The notes under the pieces were generated by a model. That model saw only the letters and a list, made by a program, of their open reading frames with translations. It did no database searches and had not been told where the DNA came from. A program made the position numbers and the translations under genes. From Blepharisma stoltei ATCC 30299 (Eukaryota; Protista; Ciliophora): a DNA stretch of 64,000 nt. This document shows, piece by piece, positions 1-14,654 of this stretch (position 1 is the stretch's first letter; the number at the start of each line of letters is the position of its first letter). The stretch is taken from contig CBFDEM010000053.1 in NCBI GenBank assembly GCA_965603825.1, positions 1,364,001 to 1,428,000 on the forward strand. The letters are read 5' to 3'.

Positions 1-828
1 TTCCACATTCTCATTTGCATTATTTGCCTCTATTGCATCTTGATTCTCATCTGGAAGAATTTCTGCTAGTGTTGTCATTATTGCTGAATTTTCTTGATTT
101 TTGTCTGAAACTGCAGAAGAAAAAGACCGGGAAGCAGAACCTGGCCCATCACTTAAACTATCTGGAGGAGAAGATTCACCAATTGGTGGGAGTGTAATTA
201 AATTTTCTTTAACAAATTTTTCATTCTGCCGTCTGAGTTCAGGCCTTTTTCTTCGGGCTGCATTTTTGATAGCTTTGGCTATTTTAAATAGCGTTGCAAC
301 TCTTATGAGTCGAATAACTCTGACGATTCTTATAATTCTTGCACCTTTTCCAGCTTGGCGAGCGGTTGCAGTTTTATCTGCTTGATTAGGCTTGCCATCG
401 TCACTTATCCCAAGCATCGAATTTCAAATTCAGCCAACATCGAAGGCCATCGTTATTGTTGCAATAATATCAAGCCAAAAATAAAAACTGTTAAAATAGT
501 TGTCTCTTGAAATAGAGGATAGTATAATTTCAACACCAAAGAAAGATAGGCAAATAGTAGTCATTGTGTAAAAATCTTCATCTACGCTCATTGGTGTTGC
601 CCAAAGTCTGATGTCATCAGCAAATAGGGCTCATAATGTAAGCATCATCATAAAAGTTTGCACAACTCAATGGTCTAACGCTTTTGATAGGCACACTTTT
701 CATCTTGGCTTTGATTTTTCGTTGCTTTTTGGAGATAATGTAAAGGCTTTATTATGATTATCACTGGTATCGATTATTGTATTGCGAAAACGTGTTTGAT
801 TTCTTTCAAATTCAATGAGACCATTCAT
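1..828 (-). CDS. 5' part of an ion-channel/voltage-sensor-domain protein, probably a ciliate-type K+-channel-like adenylyl cyclase; runs off the window edge
   Basis: Absent from the ORF track. ATG at 828, open to position 1 if TGA=W (TGA at 700, 667, 631, 430, 424). Translation has hydrophobic S1-S3 segments (LTLWALFADDIRLW; FFGVEIILSS; YFNSFYFWLDIIAT) and an S4-like Arg ladder (ARIIRIVRVIRLIRV), the N-terminus typical of alveolate channel-cyclases. The cyclase domain is outside the window. Confidence 0.7.
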
Positions 829-1195
829 GCCGAGCTTAGATTAATTATCCATGAAACTGCTGAGAAAATTTTAACTTAATTACTTTATATATCAAAATAT
901 ATTATTAAAATAAACATATATAAAATAAATCTAATCGCTCTTAAAGAGTAATTTTCAAAAATACTAACTTAGGGGTAAGAAATAAAAGTAATGCCGCAAA
1001 AATTGCTATGTAGGTATAATTTTGTTTGTATAAGGCAAACTTGCACTGATTCTATATAAGATATAGGGTGTTAAGTTATCGATAAGTTTGAATATAAAGA
1101 ATCTAATTTCATTTTCTATGAAAGTAAGTCCATAGATCTTTTGAAAAACTAAAAGATTATTAAAGCTACCTTAATTTTAAATAACGATAATTATC

Positions 1196-4100
1196 TTATT
1201 CAGGTTCAATCTTTCTACTCAGCCGAGCGTTAGATACAACCGTATCACCTTCTGTAGCGAACATGTTGAATATCTGCTCCAGAGTAGTTTGGCTTAAAGA
1301 GTATTCACTGATATTTAACTTATCCTTATGACTCTCAATAAGCCCGAAGATATCACCAATACTTATATTATTCCCTTTTTCAACTCTAAATTTGAAAGAG
1401 GTCCCATAATGCTCAATGAGGCTCAGATCCGAAAAGTGGTGTTTGAGTCATTTATATATAGCTGAACCATAATTTTCTATAATTACCCATTCAACTAGTG
1501 TTTTGACGTCAATAAACTTCTTCTCGTTTAACTCTTCTCTTATATGAGATCCTGAGCCTCCTTTGCAAATTTCATCAATAAGTTGCTGACTTTTAAGAGC
1601 TGTCAGCGCGCTGAGTAAGTTTTCTTCGAAAACATTTTCGCCTGGTGCGGCTTTGTAGACTTTATGAATCATGCGAGTGATTTCGTCTTCGCTTGGGTAT
1701 TTTACTTTCAAGAAAAATTCATAGCCTGAGCCGAATTTATTCTTGATATGGGTAGCAGTGCCATAGCAGCGTAACCTGCCGGCAACCATGATTGCCATGC
1801 TATTGCATAGAGCTTCAGCTTCGTCCATAGAGTGGGTAGTTAGGATGATACTCACTTTCTGTGATTTGATGTTGTTAATCACTTTCCACATATTTTTGCG
1901 TGCTTCAGGGTCCATCCCTGCACTTGGTTCATCTAAGAAGACAACTGGAGGATTGCCTATGCAAGCAATAGCTACTGAGAGTTTTCTTTTGTTACCACCA
2001 CTTAAGTTCCCAGATCTGACTTTTGCATATTTTTCTAGACCCATATCACTGAGCTGCTGTGCTACAAATTTAGGTATTAGTTTCTTAGGAATGCCTTTGA
2101 TTTTGGCATAAAGTCTTAAGTGTTCAGTAGGGGTAAGTAATTCAGTCAAAGCATCAAATTGAGGGCAGTAGCCAATGTTATACCTAGCCTCTGATAAGTT
2201 GGTAACTACATTAATACCGTTGATATATGCATGGCCTTGAGTAGGACCATACTCTCCAGTCAAGATTCTAAATGTCGAGGTTTTTCCTGCTCCATTCACT
2301 CCAAGCAATGCAAATGCTTCTTGGAATGGGACAATGAACGAAATTTCTTGAATTGCAGTTTTCACTTCACTCTTGCTCCACCTGCTCCCATAAATTTTTC
2401 TGATGCCTGAAACTTTTACAGCTACATCTTTCGGGCTTGTATTTGTACAGACTTCTTTCATTCTTTCAACATCATCATCTGGCTTGTATTCATTTTCTCC
2501 TGGATCTCTTACTGACCCCATATTTCTGATATATTGGGTATGGCCAAGCCATTCTATCAATACTAGAGCCAGAATCCCACCTCCTGCATGAAGCATCAAA
2601 AAGAAAGCATCTGCTCCTGCAACATCCCATGCTAAAGGTGCTTGAACTTTTTCGCTATTCAGTGATGCATAAGCATCCCTATTCGATATATTCATTATAC
2701 CAAACGAAAAACAAAAAATTGGTGAAATGCCCCTTAAAGGCCACTGAAGAACATTTGCCACACTTAAGGTCCCTTTATTGTTGATTCTCAATATCCAAAT
2801 CATAATGGCAGAAACTCCTCCTGATATCAAGCTGAAAATGAAGACATAGAATTGTGCCAGAGAGTAGCTTTTGAATAGAAAGCTGCAAGCATAAGTGTGA
2901 GGACAAATCGCAAGGCCAAATAACAAGAAAATCACTCATGTGGCTTGATAAAGCTCATTATTTTCAGTCAAACTTTTTAGTCCAAATGCTTCTATCATGA
3001 GCACTGACAATATACAAGGGCCCATGTACTTTAGCAAATCCCAGGTATAAGAAGAAAGCCAATAAGCTGATATAGAAACTCCACTCACCAGATGCTGATG
3101 CTTCACGTTATTTTCTTTTTCTTTTACTATAAAAGTCACTAGCCCTGTAGGGATAAATGCCATCCCAATTCCAAAAATCATAGAGACATAAAATGTCGCT
3201 GCGTTTCTTGATAAGCCGGCCTGCCTATGAGTCAATGGCAGTGGCCAATTGCGCATTTTTATGCTAACAGGTTCTCCAATTGCAGTCTGCACGATTGCTT
3301 CTCCGATAACATTTGCAAAAGTTGGAGAGGATTGCATAGCTGTCGTGTTATGGAAAATGGCGACTGAAAATTGCTTTGTTGCGTTGTTTGCTTCATAGAA
3401 ATAAAAAGAGCCCATTCTGTATGGCTTATGATGTCTTTGGGTGTATACAAATTTATCGAAATCTTGAATTGTTGGAGTATCAGCAGATTCTGTATTTGTC
3501 AAGGTTGATGTAGAATGTTGGCTTGCCATGCTATGAAGTATAATGTCTTTGGCAGTAGCTGAAGTGACAGGATCACTTACAGAGTCGCCCCATAGCATAT
3601 TTTGAGGAGTGTCATATTTGCTAACTGACAGACTTAGCGACTTTTGACTTTCCCAGAGACTAACTTTGGTAAGCAAAATCAATCCTCCCATAATTAGTAG
3701 TATTGGCAAAAATATTTCAAGGATAAACCCTTTGAGGTCTCTCCAAGAATAGAGAATCCTTTTTTGAAGCAATGCCAGATAATGAGAAAAGAAAAGGAAA
3801 TGTTTAACTCTGTCTTGAGAAATGTTAAAGTTTTTGGCCTCTTGGGATTCAAGTTCAAACTCAGAGCCTTCCCAAGTTTTTAATGCAATATCTTCTTTTC
3901 TCTCCTCATTAAATTCATCAAATTTTTTGCTATTTCTTTTTTCCAAAACGCTTTCATCATCCCCTCTTGCAACTCTTAGAAAAACTTCTTCCAGCGTGGT
4001 CACTGAAATACCGTAGTTTTCTATTTTCAACTCAGAAGTTCTTTTGTCAATTTCTTTGAAAAGCTCATTAAATATAGAGGATGCAGATAAGGGTAATTGG

Positions 4101-6523
4101 TAGACTGTTTCTGAAGAAACTTCGCTTAGGACTTCGACATCTGGGATGTATTTTTTGATTATATCAGTAATACGATCAGAGCAGTCCTTATCACTAGCTT
4201 CAATCCTCCTTACAATGGTGAGATTATAGCCTACTCCAAATCTTTTCTTCAAAAACAAAGGACTTCCCAAGCAGTGGACTTTCCCTTCCGCCATTATTGC
4301 AATTCTATCTGCAAGAATATCGGCCTCTTCCATATAATGAGTTGTCAAAATGATAATTCTACCGTTTTTATCGTTTCTCAGCATATCCCAAACCCTTCTT
4401 CTTGCTGACAAATCCATCCCAGAAGTGGGCTCATCAAGCATCACAATCTTTGATCCTCCTATGAGAGCGATTGCCAGTGAAAGTTTTCGTTTTTGGCCAC
4501 CAGACAGATTCCCTGCCTTAGTGTCTTTTTTATCTTCTAAGTCGACTTCTTTTAGCTTTTCATCAATAGCTTCTTTGATTTCTTGTTTATTGGTCATCCC
4601 TTTGAATCTGCTAAATAGGTAAAGGTGCTCATATACTGTTAGATTTTTAAATAGAATGTCATGTTGTGGACAAACACCCAAGTTTTTTCTTATAGCAGAC
4701 ATCTCAGAGTTGAAATCATACCCATCTACAGTCATGCTGCCAGCTGTTGGCTTAAGGAGTCCAGTTAGCATTGATAAAGTGGTAGTTTTTCCTGCTCCAT
4801 TGTGGCCTAGAAGTGCGAAAATTTGTCCCCTGAACATTTCCAGATCTAGCCCATCTACTGCAATTTTATTTCCAAAATGCTTTCTCAGCCCTCTTACAAC
4901 CATAGCTTGCCCTGTTTCTATTTGCTTAAGCAGCAAGGGCTCTTCTTTTTCGATTTTATCATTTCTCTCTAACTCTCTCCTCCTTTGTTCTTCTTCTTCC
5001 TTCATGCTTGCAAGTGCTTCCTCACTTAATCCAGAATCTGTTCCTTGCTTTCCAAGCCAAAAGCTTTTGGTGAAAGGGAAATACCACTTAAGTGAAACTC
5101 CATATTGTGATGGAATGACCTTATCGAAATAAAGTGCAAGTGTAAAATAAATTGCTGAGTCAACCAATAGCATAATAAATGAAGTCATGACTGTATAATT
5201 TTGAAAGTTGTCTCCCCAGTTGCTGAAATCACTGCCGATTTCATTCGCTTGAAGGTTCAATAAAGTGTAAAATCCATTCACCATGGCTACAGTATTAAAT
5301 ATTGACAAAGCTGTTTTTGTGCCCTGAGAAGTTGTGCTAGTTACTGCAAATATTGTGAAAAAGGTCATAAAGTAAATTAATATCCCAACCAAAATTGCAG
5401 TTTTGGCTCTTGAGAAAAATGAAACAATTAAAAAAGCAAACGCAATACATGAAATTCCGTAAAAGAAAAACAGTAAGAAAACCAAAAACTTGTCTGAAGC
5501 CATGAATAGTGCCCAACCAATAAGAGTTGAGAGTCCACTAATCACAAGGAAAATAAGTATATACATAATGATCCACGAAAGAAAGTAAGCAGTGTCTCTA
5601 AGTCCCATCATTTTCATAGCTTCCTTCACTTTTGTTTCTTTTTCAGTGGCCATCCTATTGATCAGTCTTGATATTGGAACTAAAGACGTTATAAACATTA
5701 AAAGCCCTAAAGTTCCAGCAAAGGCATTGGTGAAATTGTCTTCTATATATTTCATTCCATGAAAAGGGACAAAACCAAACTGCACATAACCTTCAGGTTG
5801 TTCTTTGGTTAAAAAGAAGTTATAAATCATATTTTGGATGCTCAAAAAGCCACTCTCGATGAAATCTTTCTGATAGACAGTCATAACACTTTTTTGATAA
5901 GTATTAACAGGTGGGAAAATACTTGTCTGAAAGATATCATACCAAGATCCATACACAGTTTGATCAGTAGGATCAGTGTCTGTGTAATTATATCGAATCG
6001 AGAATGTAGCATTTGGATAAGTCATTTTAACTCCAATTGCAAAGCAAATTTTCGTATGTCCTTTATCGTCATAGTCTTCATCGGTGACATAGTCGTCAAG
6101 CTTTCCCATAGACTTGAATATTAGAGGTTCCTTGTAAGTTCCATTACCATTGTCCAAGTATTGAGCGATTTGGGTCTTCAAATAGGCAGTTAATAATTGG
6201 GAGTTAGTATCATTAGTCTCTTGTGCAATCGCCCAAGTCCAACCATAAGGAATAAGCAGCTGACACCATTCAAAGGGGTGGGTTTGCTTGTTAGCTAGGT
6301 TATATAGCCCTTCTCCAGTTGAATTTTTAGGGCCTACTATCTGAAGATGGTTGAGGTATGATTTGGCGCTAATATGTTCAACAGGGCTAGATAGCCTGAG
6401 TATCACCATAAAGAAAATGAGGATTACAGGGAAAAGGATCTCACAAATAGATCCACAAAGCTCTCGCTTCCACAAAAGCCAGTTTTTAAAGAGCAAAGCA
6501 CGCAGATGACCTGCCAATGTCAT
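1196..6523 (-). CDS. ABCA-family full transporter, copy A (1775 aa)
   Basis: ORFs 2936..6523 and 1448..2935 plus a tail are one frame joined by TGA at 2936 and 1448; stop TAA at 1196-1198. Two NBDs (GHNGAGKTT/LSGGQKRKL/LDEPTSG; GVNGAGKTS/LSGGNKRKL/LDEPSAG), two TMDs with large exo-loops, C-terminal SQTTLEQIF. Confidence 0.95.
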
Positions 6524-7941
6524 ATTTATTCAACAAATTTATCTTCGAAAACTTCTGCATAAACTTGGGGAAAAAATTATTTTAGCATCTTGGAGAAGTA
6601 AGTTTTAGCTCTGCTTATGCAAATTTCGATGATTAGTGGATTCTTGCAAATAATAACTATTTTCAATTTTTTTTAAAATTATTGTTTTACTGAAAGTGCT
6701 TAGATCTGGAAATTATTGATATGTTGAAATAAGTTTTATCTGAGAAAAGAAATTGAAGCTATTTTTTGAGCAATAGCGACGGTTTTTGAAGGCCTTGATA
6801 TGGCCTGGAGAGGAAATGTAAATGGTGAACTTAAAAATAAAAGCTTTTAGAAAACTTCTAAAGAATAGATATATAAGAGTTGACTTTATTTTAAGCATCA
6901 CAGTCTCTAATTCATACCAAAAAATTTTAGATTTACTTTTAAAAGTCTGTTTTTATATCTTCGATTCATAATTCAAGCAGTAAATAATAAAATATTAATT
7001 ATTATATTATATATTTCTTAAGTAAACTAATAATTAGCAAAAATACCTTGAATTGATTAATGACTGTTCACTTCTAAAACAAAAATCAATTATCTTCATA
7101 ACGCGGGTAACAAAAATAATCATTTGAATTTTAGTAAATTTAAAATATGATCTCATAATAGACTCTGGTTCTAAGCTTATTCTGATTCTAATAATTTAAG
7201 CATTTAAAATTTCTTTATAAAAATGCTAATGTGGCTTTAAATATTAGCACCAATATAACATAACATTATAAGAGACTTATAGCAAATTTCATTAGTTGTT
7301 ACAAGCAAGAAAAACTCTAATTATTAGTTTTTTCAATTAAATGTTTAAGTAGAGAAACTCTTAGTTGAAATGGTAAATTATTTTAGATAGAAAGTTAAAG
7401 AAATTGGAATTATAATTTTTTTGCTAGAAAAGATAATTATATCCCATTATCTAATATATTTCCAATAATTATTGCTTAAAGAGAGGTAGATTTTAAATGA
7501 TGCACTAAAGTTTTCTTATTATAATACTGCTGCCATTTTTATGCTATAAAGGATGATAATTGATATTTTAGTATTAAAATTATATTCATTGGTCTAATTC
7601 TTAGCATCAGAAAATTAAGGCAATATATTTAAAAACTTATTTAAAAATAGTATAAAGCTAATCCTCTTTGTATATAAAAATTGAAGCATAGTAAACCTCG
7701 ATATATAATAAATAGATTCAAACTTTGAAGTTTTTATAATTTCCCTTCGATAAATATTTCAAACAAATTTATATAAAGCTAATTCACTTTTATAGTTAGC
7801 TCAGCATTTGATAAAACTACTAGCTAATATCTGCTTAAATGTCTAGCACTGACTCATTCTTCATTATGCTATAGATATTAAAACAGTTTAAAAACACCAA
7901 ATTTATAGTTTTCCATTTAATAAATAACTAATAAGATAATA

Positions 7942-10900
7942 TTATGCTGGTTGTACTCTTCTACTTAACCGAGCATTCGATACAACTGTTTCTGTAGCGA
8001 ACATGTTGAATATCTGCTCAAGCGTTGTTTGGCTTAAAGAATATTCGCTGATATTCAAATTATCTTTCATATGCTCTATAAGTCCAAAGATCTCACCAAT
8101 GCTCTTATTGTCTCCTTTCTCCACTCTAAATTTAAACGAAGTTCCATAATGCTCAATTAAGCTGACTTCATGAAACTGCTCTTTAAGCCAATTATAAATA
8201 GTTGCTCCATATATTTCTAATATGACCCACTCAACTAAAGTCTTTAAGTCAACGCACTGCTTTTCATTTAATTCTTCTCTTATATGAGACCCTGAGCCTT
8301 GCTTGGAAACCTCATCATAAAGCTGTGCACAGTTTAGCTCAGTCAGAGCTCTCAGTACGTTAACATCGTCTACAACATCGCCTGGGAGTATATTTTGAAC
8401 CCTCCGAACATCGCGGGCTATTTCATCTTCATTTGGATACTTGGCTTTCAAGAAAAACTCATAACCTGAGCCGAATTTATTCTTGATATGAGTTGCAGTG
8501 CCATGGCAGCGTAGCCTTCCAGCGACCATGATCCCAATAGTATTGCAGAGAGCTTCAGCTTCATCCATAGAGTGAGTAGTCAGAATTATACTAACCTTTT
8601 GAGATTTGATGCTATTGATAACTTTCCACATGTTTTTGCGAGCTTCAGGGTCCATTCCTGCACTTGGCTCATCTAAGAAAACAACTGGAGGATTTCCAAT
8701 GCAAGCAATTGCTACTGAAAGTTTTCTTTTATTACCACCACTTAATTTTCCAGCTCTGACAGTGGCATATTTTTCCAAGCCCATATCTTTTAATTGCTTT
8801 TCTACAAATTTAGGCACTAAGTGCTTAGGAATCCCTTTAATCTTAGCATAAAGCCTCAAGTGCTCAGTAGGAGTAAGCAATTCAGTTAAAGCATCAAACT
8901 GAGGGCAATAGCCAATATTGTATCTTGCTTCTGATAAATGAGTTATAACGTTGCAGCCATTTATATAAGCTTCGCCTTTTGTTGGGCCATACTCTCCAGT
9001 TAAAATTCTAAATGTCGAAGTCTTCCCTGCTCCATTAACACCCAGTAATGCAAAAGCTTCTTGGAATGGGACAATAAATGAAATCTCTTCAATTGCAACC
9101 TTTACTTGAGACTTACCAAACATCGTTCCGTACACTTTTCTGACTCCAGAAACCTTCACTGCGACTTCTTTTGGATCAGTTTTGGCAGCCACCTCTTTAG
9201 CGTTTTCCACATCATCGTCAGGCCTGTATTCGCTTTCGCCTGGATCTCTTGCTGACCCAATATTTCTGATCCACTGAACATTTCCAAGCCACTCAATTAA
9301 AAATATCAAAATAATTCCAATTACTGTATGGAAGCCAAGGAAAAAGACATCAGCGCCTGCGATATCCCAAGCCAATGGTGCTTGAACTTTTTCTCCATAG
9401 GCTGATGCATAAGCTTCTCTATTAGAGACATTCATAATTCCAAAAGAAAAGCAAAACATTGGAGACGCTAGTCTAAAAATGTACTGGAGCCCATCAGCGA
9501 CATTTCTTGTATCGTCAGAAATCAGCCTCAAAGTCCACACAACGGTAGCTGCGACAGCTCCCATGATCAAGTTATAAATGAAAATATAAAACTGGGCTAT
9601 TGAGTAATTCTTGAATAAAAAGCTTGAAGCATACGTATGTGGGCAAATCGCCACCCCGAATAGCATAAATAGTATTCAGGTCGCTGTGTAAATTTCGTTA
9701 TTTTCAGTCAAGCTTTTAAGATCAAAGGCTTGAATCATTAAAACAGATAAAATTCCAGGTATCATAAATTTCAGCAAATCCCATGTATAAGATGAGAGTC
9801 AGTAGGCAGGAATGGAGACCCCACTTACCAGATGCTGGTGCTTTACATTATTTTCTCTTTCTTTCACTATAAAAGTTACAAGCCCTGTCGGAATAAATGC
9901 CATTCCAATAGCAAAAATCATCGAAACATAAAAGGTTCCTGCATTTCTGGCTAAATTCTCTTGTTTTTTAGTCAAAGGTAAAGGCCAGTTGTACATTGAA
10001 ATTTTTAAATCCTGTCCAAGAGCGTATTGAGCTACTGCTTGCCCTAGCATATTTGCGTATGTAGGAGCAGCTTGGATTGCAGTCGTGTTATGGAAAATGG
10101 CTACTGCGAACTGTTTAGTAATATTATCAGTTTGGTAGAAGTAATAAGACCCCATTCTATAAGGATGATGATCTCTTTCATCATATATGTCTTGATCAAA
10201 GCTACTAATAGTTGAAGAAGATAAATCCTCATTTGTTAATTTTGATGTCGGATATTGGCGATTCATGTTATGAGAAATAATTTCTTTTGCATTAGATGAT
10301 ATAACTGGATCAGATACATCATAGTTCCATAAAACCTCCTGAGGAGTGCTATATTTATCTACAGTCAATTTCCAAGATTTTTGATCTTCAAATACACTAA
10401 CTTTGGTAAGGAGCGCAAGACCTCCAATAACCAGAAGCAGAGGCAAAAATATTTCTAAAACAAACCCTTTCAAGTCTCTCCATGAATATACTACACGCTT
10501 TTGAATTAACGCAAGGAAATGAGAAAAGAAGAGAATCCCTTTAAGACGATCTTCAGCGATATTAAATTTTCGAGCATCTGCAAGATCAGTTTCAAATTGT
10601 GAACCGTCAAAAGTGTGCTCAACACTGCTTTCGTCTCTTTTAATGCTTTTTCTTTTTTCTAAAACACTTTCATCGTCGCCTCTGGCAACTCTTATAAAGA
10701 CTTCTTCAAGGGTAGTTACAGATATCCCATAGTTTTCAATTTTCAGGTCTGCTGTTCTTCTATCAATTTCTTGGAATAGCTGATTAAAGATAATTGATGC
10801 AGCAAGAGGAAGCTGGTATGATGTTTCTGCTGAAACTTCAGTCAGAATTTCAGCGTCTGGGACATATTTTTTAATAAGGTCGGTGACCTGATTAGAGTAT

Positions 10901-13245
10901 TCTTTTCCACTTGCTTCGATTCTTCTATTAATAGTAAGGTTATAGCCAACTCCGAACCTTTTCTTTAAAAACAAAGGACTTCCTAAGCAGTGTACTTTTC
11001 CTTCAGCCATGATTGCAATTCTATCTGCAAGAATATCAGCTTCTTCCATATAATGGGTTGTCAAAATAATGATCCTGTCTTTCTTATCATTTCTCAACAT
11101 ATCCCACATCCTTCTTCTTGCAGTCAAATCCATCCCAGAAGTGGGCTCATCAAGCATCACTATCTTTGAGCCTCCAATTAAAGCGATGGATAAAGAAAGC
11201 TTCCTTTTTTGACCTCCTGACAGATTTCCTGCCTTCGTATTTTTTTTGTCTTGAAGCTCGACTTCTGTTAGTTTTTCGTCAATGGCTCTCTTGATTTCTT
11301 CTTTATCAGTCATTCCTTTAAATCTGCTGAACATTAAAAGATGCTCATAAACTGTCAGGTTTTTGAATAGGACGTCATGCTGAGGACAAACACCAAGGTT
11401 TTTTCTGATTTCGCCCATCTCTGTATTGAAATTAAACCCATTGACTGTCATAGTTCCAGAAGTTGGCTTTAAAAGTCCAGTCAACATCGATAACGTTGTA
11501 GTTTTGCCTGCTCCATTATGTCCAAGTAAAGCAAATATCTGTCCTTTAAACATATCCAAATCTAAGCCATCCACAGCAACTTTTCCCCCAAAGTGTTTCC
11601 TTAGTCCTCTGACAACCATAGCTTGCCCTGTTTCAATTTGTTTCAGAAGCACATTTTCTGCTTCTTCGATTTTATCATTATTTTTTAGCTCTCTTCTTCT
11701 TTTTTCTTCTTCCTCCTTGATTCCAGCTAGTTCTTGCTCACTAAATTCTGAGTCATTTGTCTGATGTCCCATCCAAAACGACTTGGTAAAAGGAAAGTAC
11801 CACTTCAAGGCGACTCCATATTCTGAGGGAATTACTTTATCAAAATAAAAAGCAAGAAGGAAATACACAATAGTATCGATAGTAAGCATAATCAGTGCAG
11901 TAGCAACTGTATAATTTTCATAAACATCCCCAGCTGATGAGAAATCAACTTCAACTTGATTGGCTTGGAGATTAATCAAAGTAGAAAATCCTGTTGCCAT
12001 CGCTACTGTATTGAAAATCGATAAACCAACTTTTGTTCCTCGAGGGGTAGTACTGGTGACTGCAAAAAGAGTGAAATAGGTAATGAAAAACATCAAAACT
12101 CCGACTAAAATAGCTGTTTTGGCTTTAGAAAAAAAGGAAGAAATCAAAAAGCAAAACCCTATACATGATAAGCCGTACAAGAAAAACATCAGAAAGACTA
12201 AGAATTTATTGGAGTAATTGAATAACTCTCAGCCAATAAAAGTTGAAAGGATGCTGATGATTCCGAAAATTATGATGTACATAATGATCCAAGAAAGGAA
12301 GTAAGGGGTATCAGTAAGTCCCATCATTTTCATAGCTTCTTTGACCTTTGTTTCTTTTTCTGTTGTCATCTTATTAATGAGTCTTGAAACAGGCACAAGT
12401 GACGTAATGAACATAAAAAATCCCAATGTCCCAGCAAACCCACTCATAAAGCTATCTTCGATATATTTCATTCCATGCATAGGAACAAATCCAAACTGTA
12501 AGTAAGCTTCAGGCTCTTTCTGACTTAAATAGAAGTTATAGACCATATTCTGGAGGTCTAAGAACCCACTATTTGCAAAGTCATGCTGATAGGTTGTTAT
12601 TACACTCTTTTGGTATTTATTGACCGCTGTAAAATAGCTTGTTAGAAAAATATCCCAAGAATCGCCATAGACACTTTGATTATCTGGATCTGTATCGGTA
12701 TAGTTGTATCGAATCCATATTGTTGAGTTAGGATACTTCATCTTTATTCCGACAGCAAAACAAATTTTTGTATGACCTTTATCATCGTAGTCTGAATCTG
12801 TTATGTAGTCTTCTAATTTATCCATTGTAGAGAAAATCATTGGTGTGATTTGGCGATCTGTATGATTTTCCATCTTGAGCCAAACATTTTCAGTTAAGTA
12901 CGTTTTGAGTGCTTGGGAATTGAGATCACCTGTTTCATCCACAATTGCCCAGGTCCAGCCATACTTGATAACTTGTTCGCACCACTTAAAAGGGGTGTAA
13001 CCAAGGTTATACGTCTCGTTATACAGCCCTTTGTTGTATGAGTTTATAGGGCCGACAATTTGCAAGTCTTTTTCTAGATATGATTTAGCACTTTTGTGCT
13101 CTGATGGTAAAGCTAATCTTAAGAGAACCATGAACACAATAAGAAGAACTGGGAACAAAATTTCACACATTGACCCGAAAAGTTCTCGCCTCCATAAAAG
13201 CCAGTTTTTAAACAGCAACGCTCGTAGGTGACCGACTACTGTCAT
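7942..13245 (-). CDS. ABCA-family full transporter, copy B (1767 aa), tandem paralog of copy A
   Basis: Three ORF fragments in one frame joined by TGA at 12229, 9799 and 9676. Collinear with copy A along its full length, same Walker A/B and signature motifs. Confidence 0.95.
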
Positions 13246-13981
13246 ATTTATTCGACAAATTATCTGGTGAGATATATGGATTTATGCTGGAGAAATAATA
13301 AAACAAGGAAAAATTGCCTTTGAACAGATTATTGAAGAAAAGGGTTTAGACAATTATTGATAAGCCAGAGGCAAGACTTCAAGTGGCCATTCAAAATATT
13401 TTGAATTAGATAATTATTCGTACAAATTTTTATGGCTCTCAGAGAGCTCTATTTTAACAATAAAAATTTAAAATAATAAATTATCTTATTCATTTGAAGG
13501 ATAAATATCTGTGACTAATTGCTTGTGGAAATTTTTGAATAATTTCATCCTCGTATTAAAATATAATTAATTTTCGACATTAATATCATAACGAAATAAT
13601 ATAAAAGCATCTGAGTGCTAAGAATAATTGATCTGGTTGGCATAGAAATTATTGCATTTTGGTAATAAATAAAATGATAATAATAATCTCCAATACTTTT
13701 TAGGTTTTTATTAATCATGCGTTACGAATTTTGTGGAAAAGCAGCACAGCTTTGAATGCAAATTAATGAGGATGCTTAAGGATAAACAAAAGAAATTAAA
13801 TCAAATTTTGGCCAAAACTTGCAATTATCTATATATGAAACAGATTTTTAATTTAGCCTTATTTTGAAAAGGCTTAAAAGTAGAAAAAAAGAAGCACAGA
13901 TAAAGCTTAATTTTATCCTCAATTTCTCATAATTTCTCTCAGACTCCTAATAGTTTTCTTCTTTCTCCAAATAAAATTAAG

Positions 13982-14632
13982 ATGGATACAGAATATGACT
14001 ATTTATATAAAATTGTACTTATAGGGGACTCAGGAGTTGGTAAGTCAAACATTCTTCTTCGCTTTACCCGAAATGAATTTAACAAGGAATCCAAGTCGAC
14101 AATAGGTGTTGAATTTTCTCAAAAGAATCTAAAAATAGGTGAAAAAACTATAAGGATTCAGATTTGGGACACAGCTGGGCAGGATAGATTCCGAGCTATT
14201 ACATCAACTTATTACAGAGGTGCAATAGGTGCCTTACTTGTATATGATATTTGTAATCACAACAGCTTTGATCACATTGACAGGTGGTTAAAAGAATTAA
14301 GAGATCATGTGGATCCAGAGAGTGTTATTGTGATGCTCGTAGGAAATAAATGCGACTTAGAGGAAAAACGAGCAGTTAGGCCAGAAGATGCCCTTAGCTT
14401 TTCACAGCGAAACAGTATGGCCTTTATGGAGACATCAGCACTAGAATCAACCAATATCGAGCAAGCTTTTGAAAAACTTGTCAGCTTAATATACGAAGAA
14501 ACTATCAAAAATCCAGCCAGCTCTAGAAAAAGCGAGAATTCCATTGTAGGCCCTACAAAGAAAATAGAAAATAATACCGAAGCAAGAATCAGCATCCAAA
14601 AATCCCAGAAAACTAAAACTAGCTGCTGTTAA
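13982..14632 (+). CDS. RAB11: Rab11-family small GTPase
   Basis: [48 protein letters not shown] motifs; C-terminal CC prenylation motif. Confidence 0.9.
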   Translation: MDTEYDYLYKIVLIGDSGVGKSNILLRFTRNEFNKESKSTIGVEFSQKNLKIGEKTIRIQIWDTAGQDRFRAITSTYYRGAIGALLVYDICNHNSFDHIDRWLKELRDHVDPESVIVMLVGNKCDLEEKRAVRPEDALSFSQRNSMAFMETSALESTNIEQAFEKLVSLIYEETIKNPASSRKSENSIVGPTKKIENNTEARISIQKSQKTKTSCC

Positions 14633-14654
14633 AATAATAATTTCTTCACATAAA

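Noticed and set aside
6524-7941. ncRNA, tRNA, telomeric repeat or retained IES in the long AT-rich spacers (also 35238-36059, 43208-44699, 60954-61509); small ORFs 6713..6901, 42495..42710, 43380..43568
   Set aside because: No cloverleaf, telomere tract, tandem array or TA-bounded inverted-repeat element recognisable by eye, and the ORFs have intergenic-like composition. An Infernal/Rfam scan would be needed to exclude snoRNAs.
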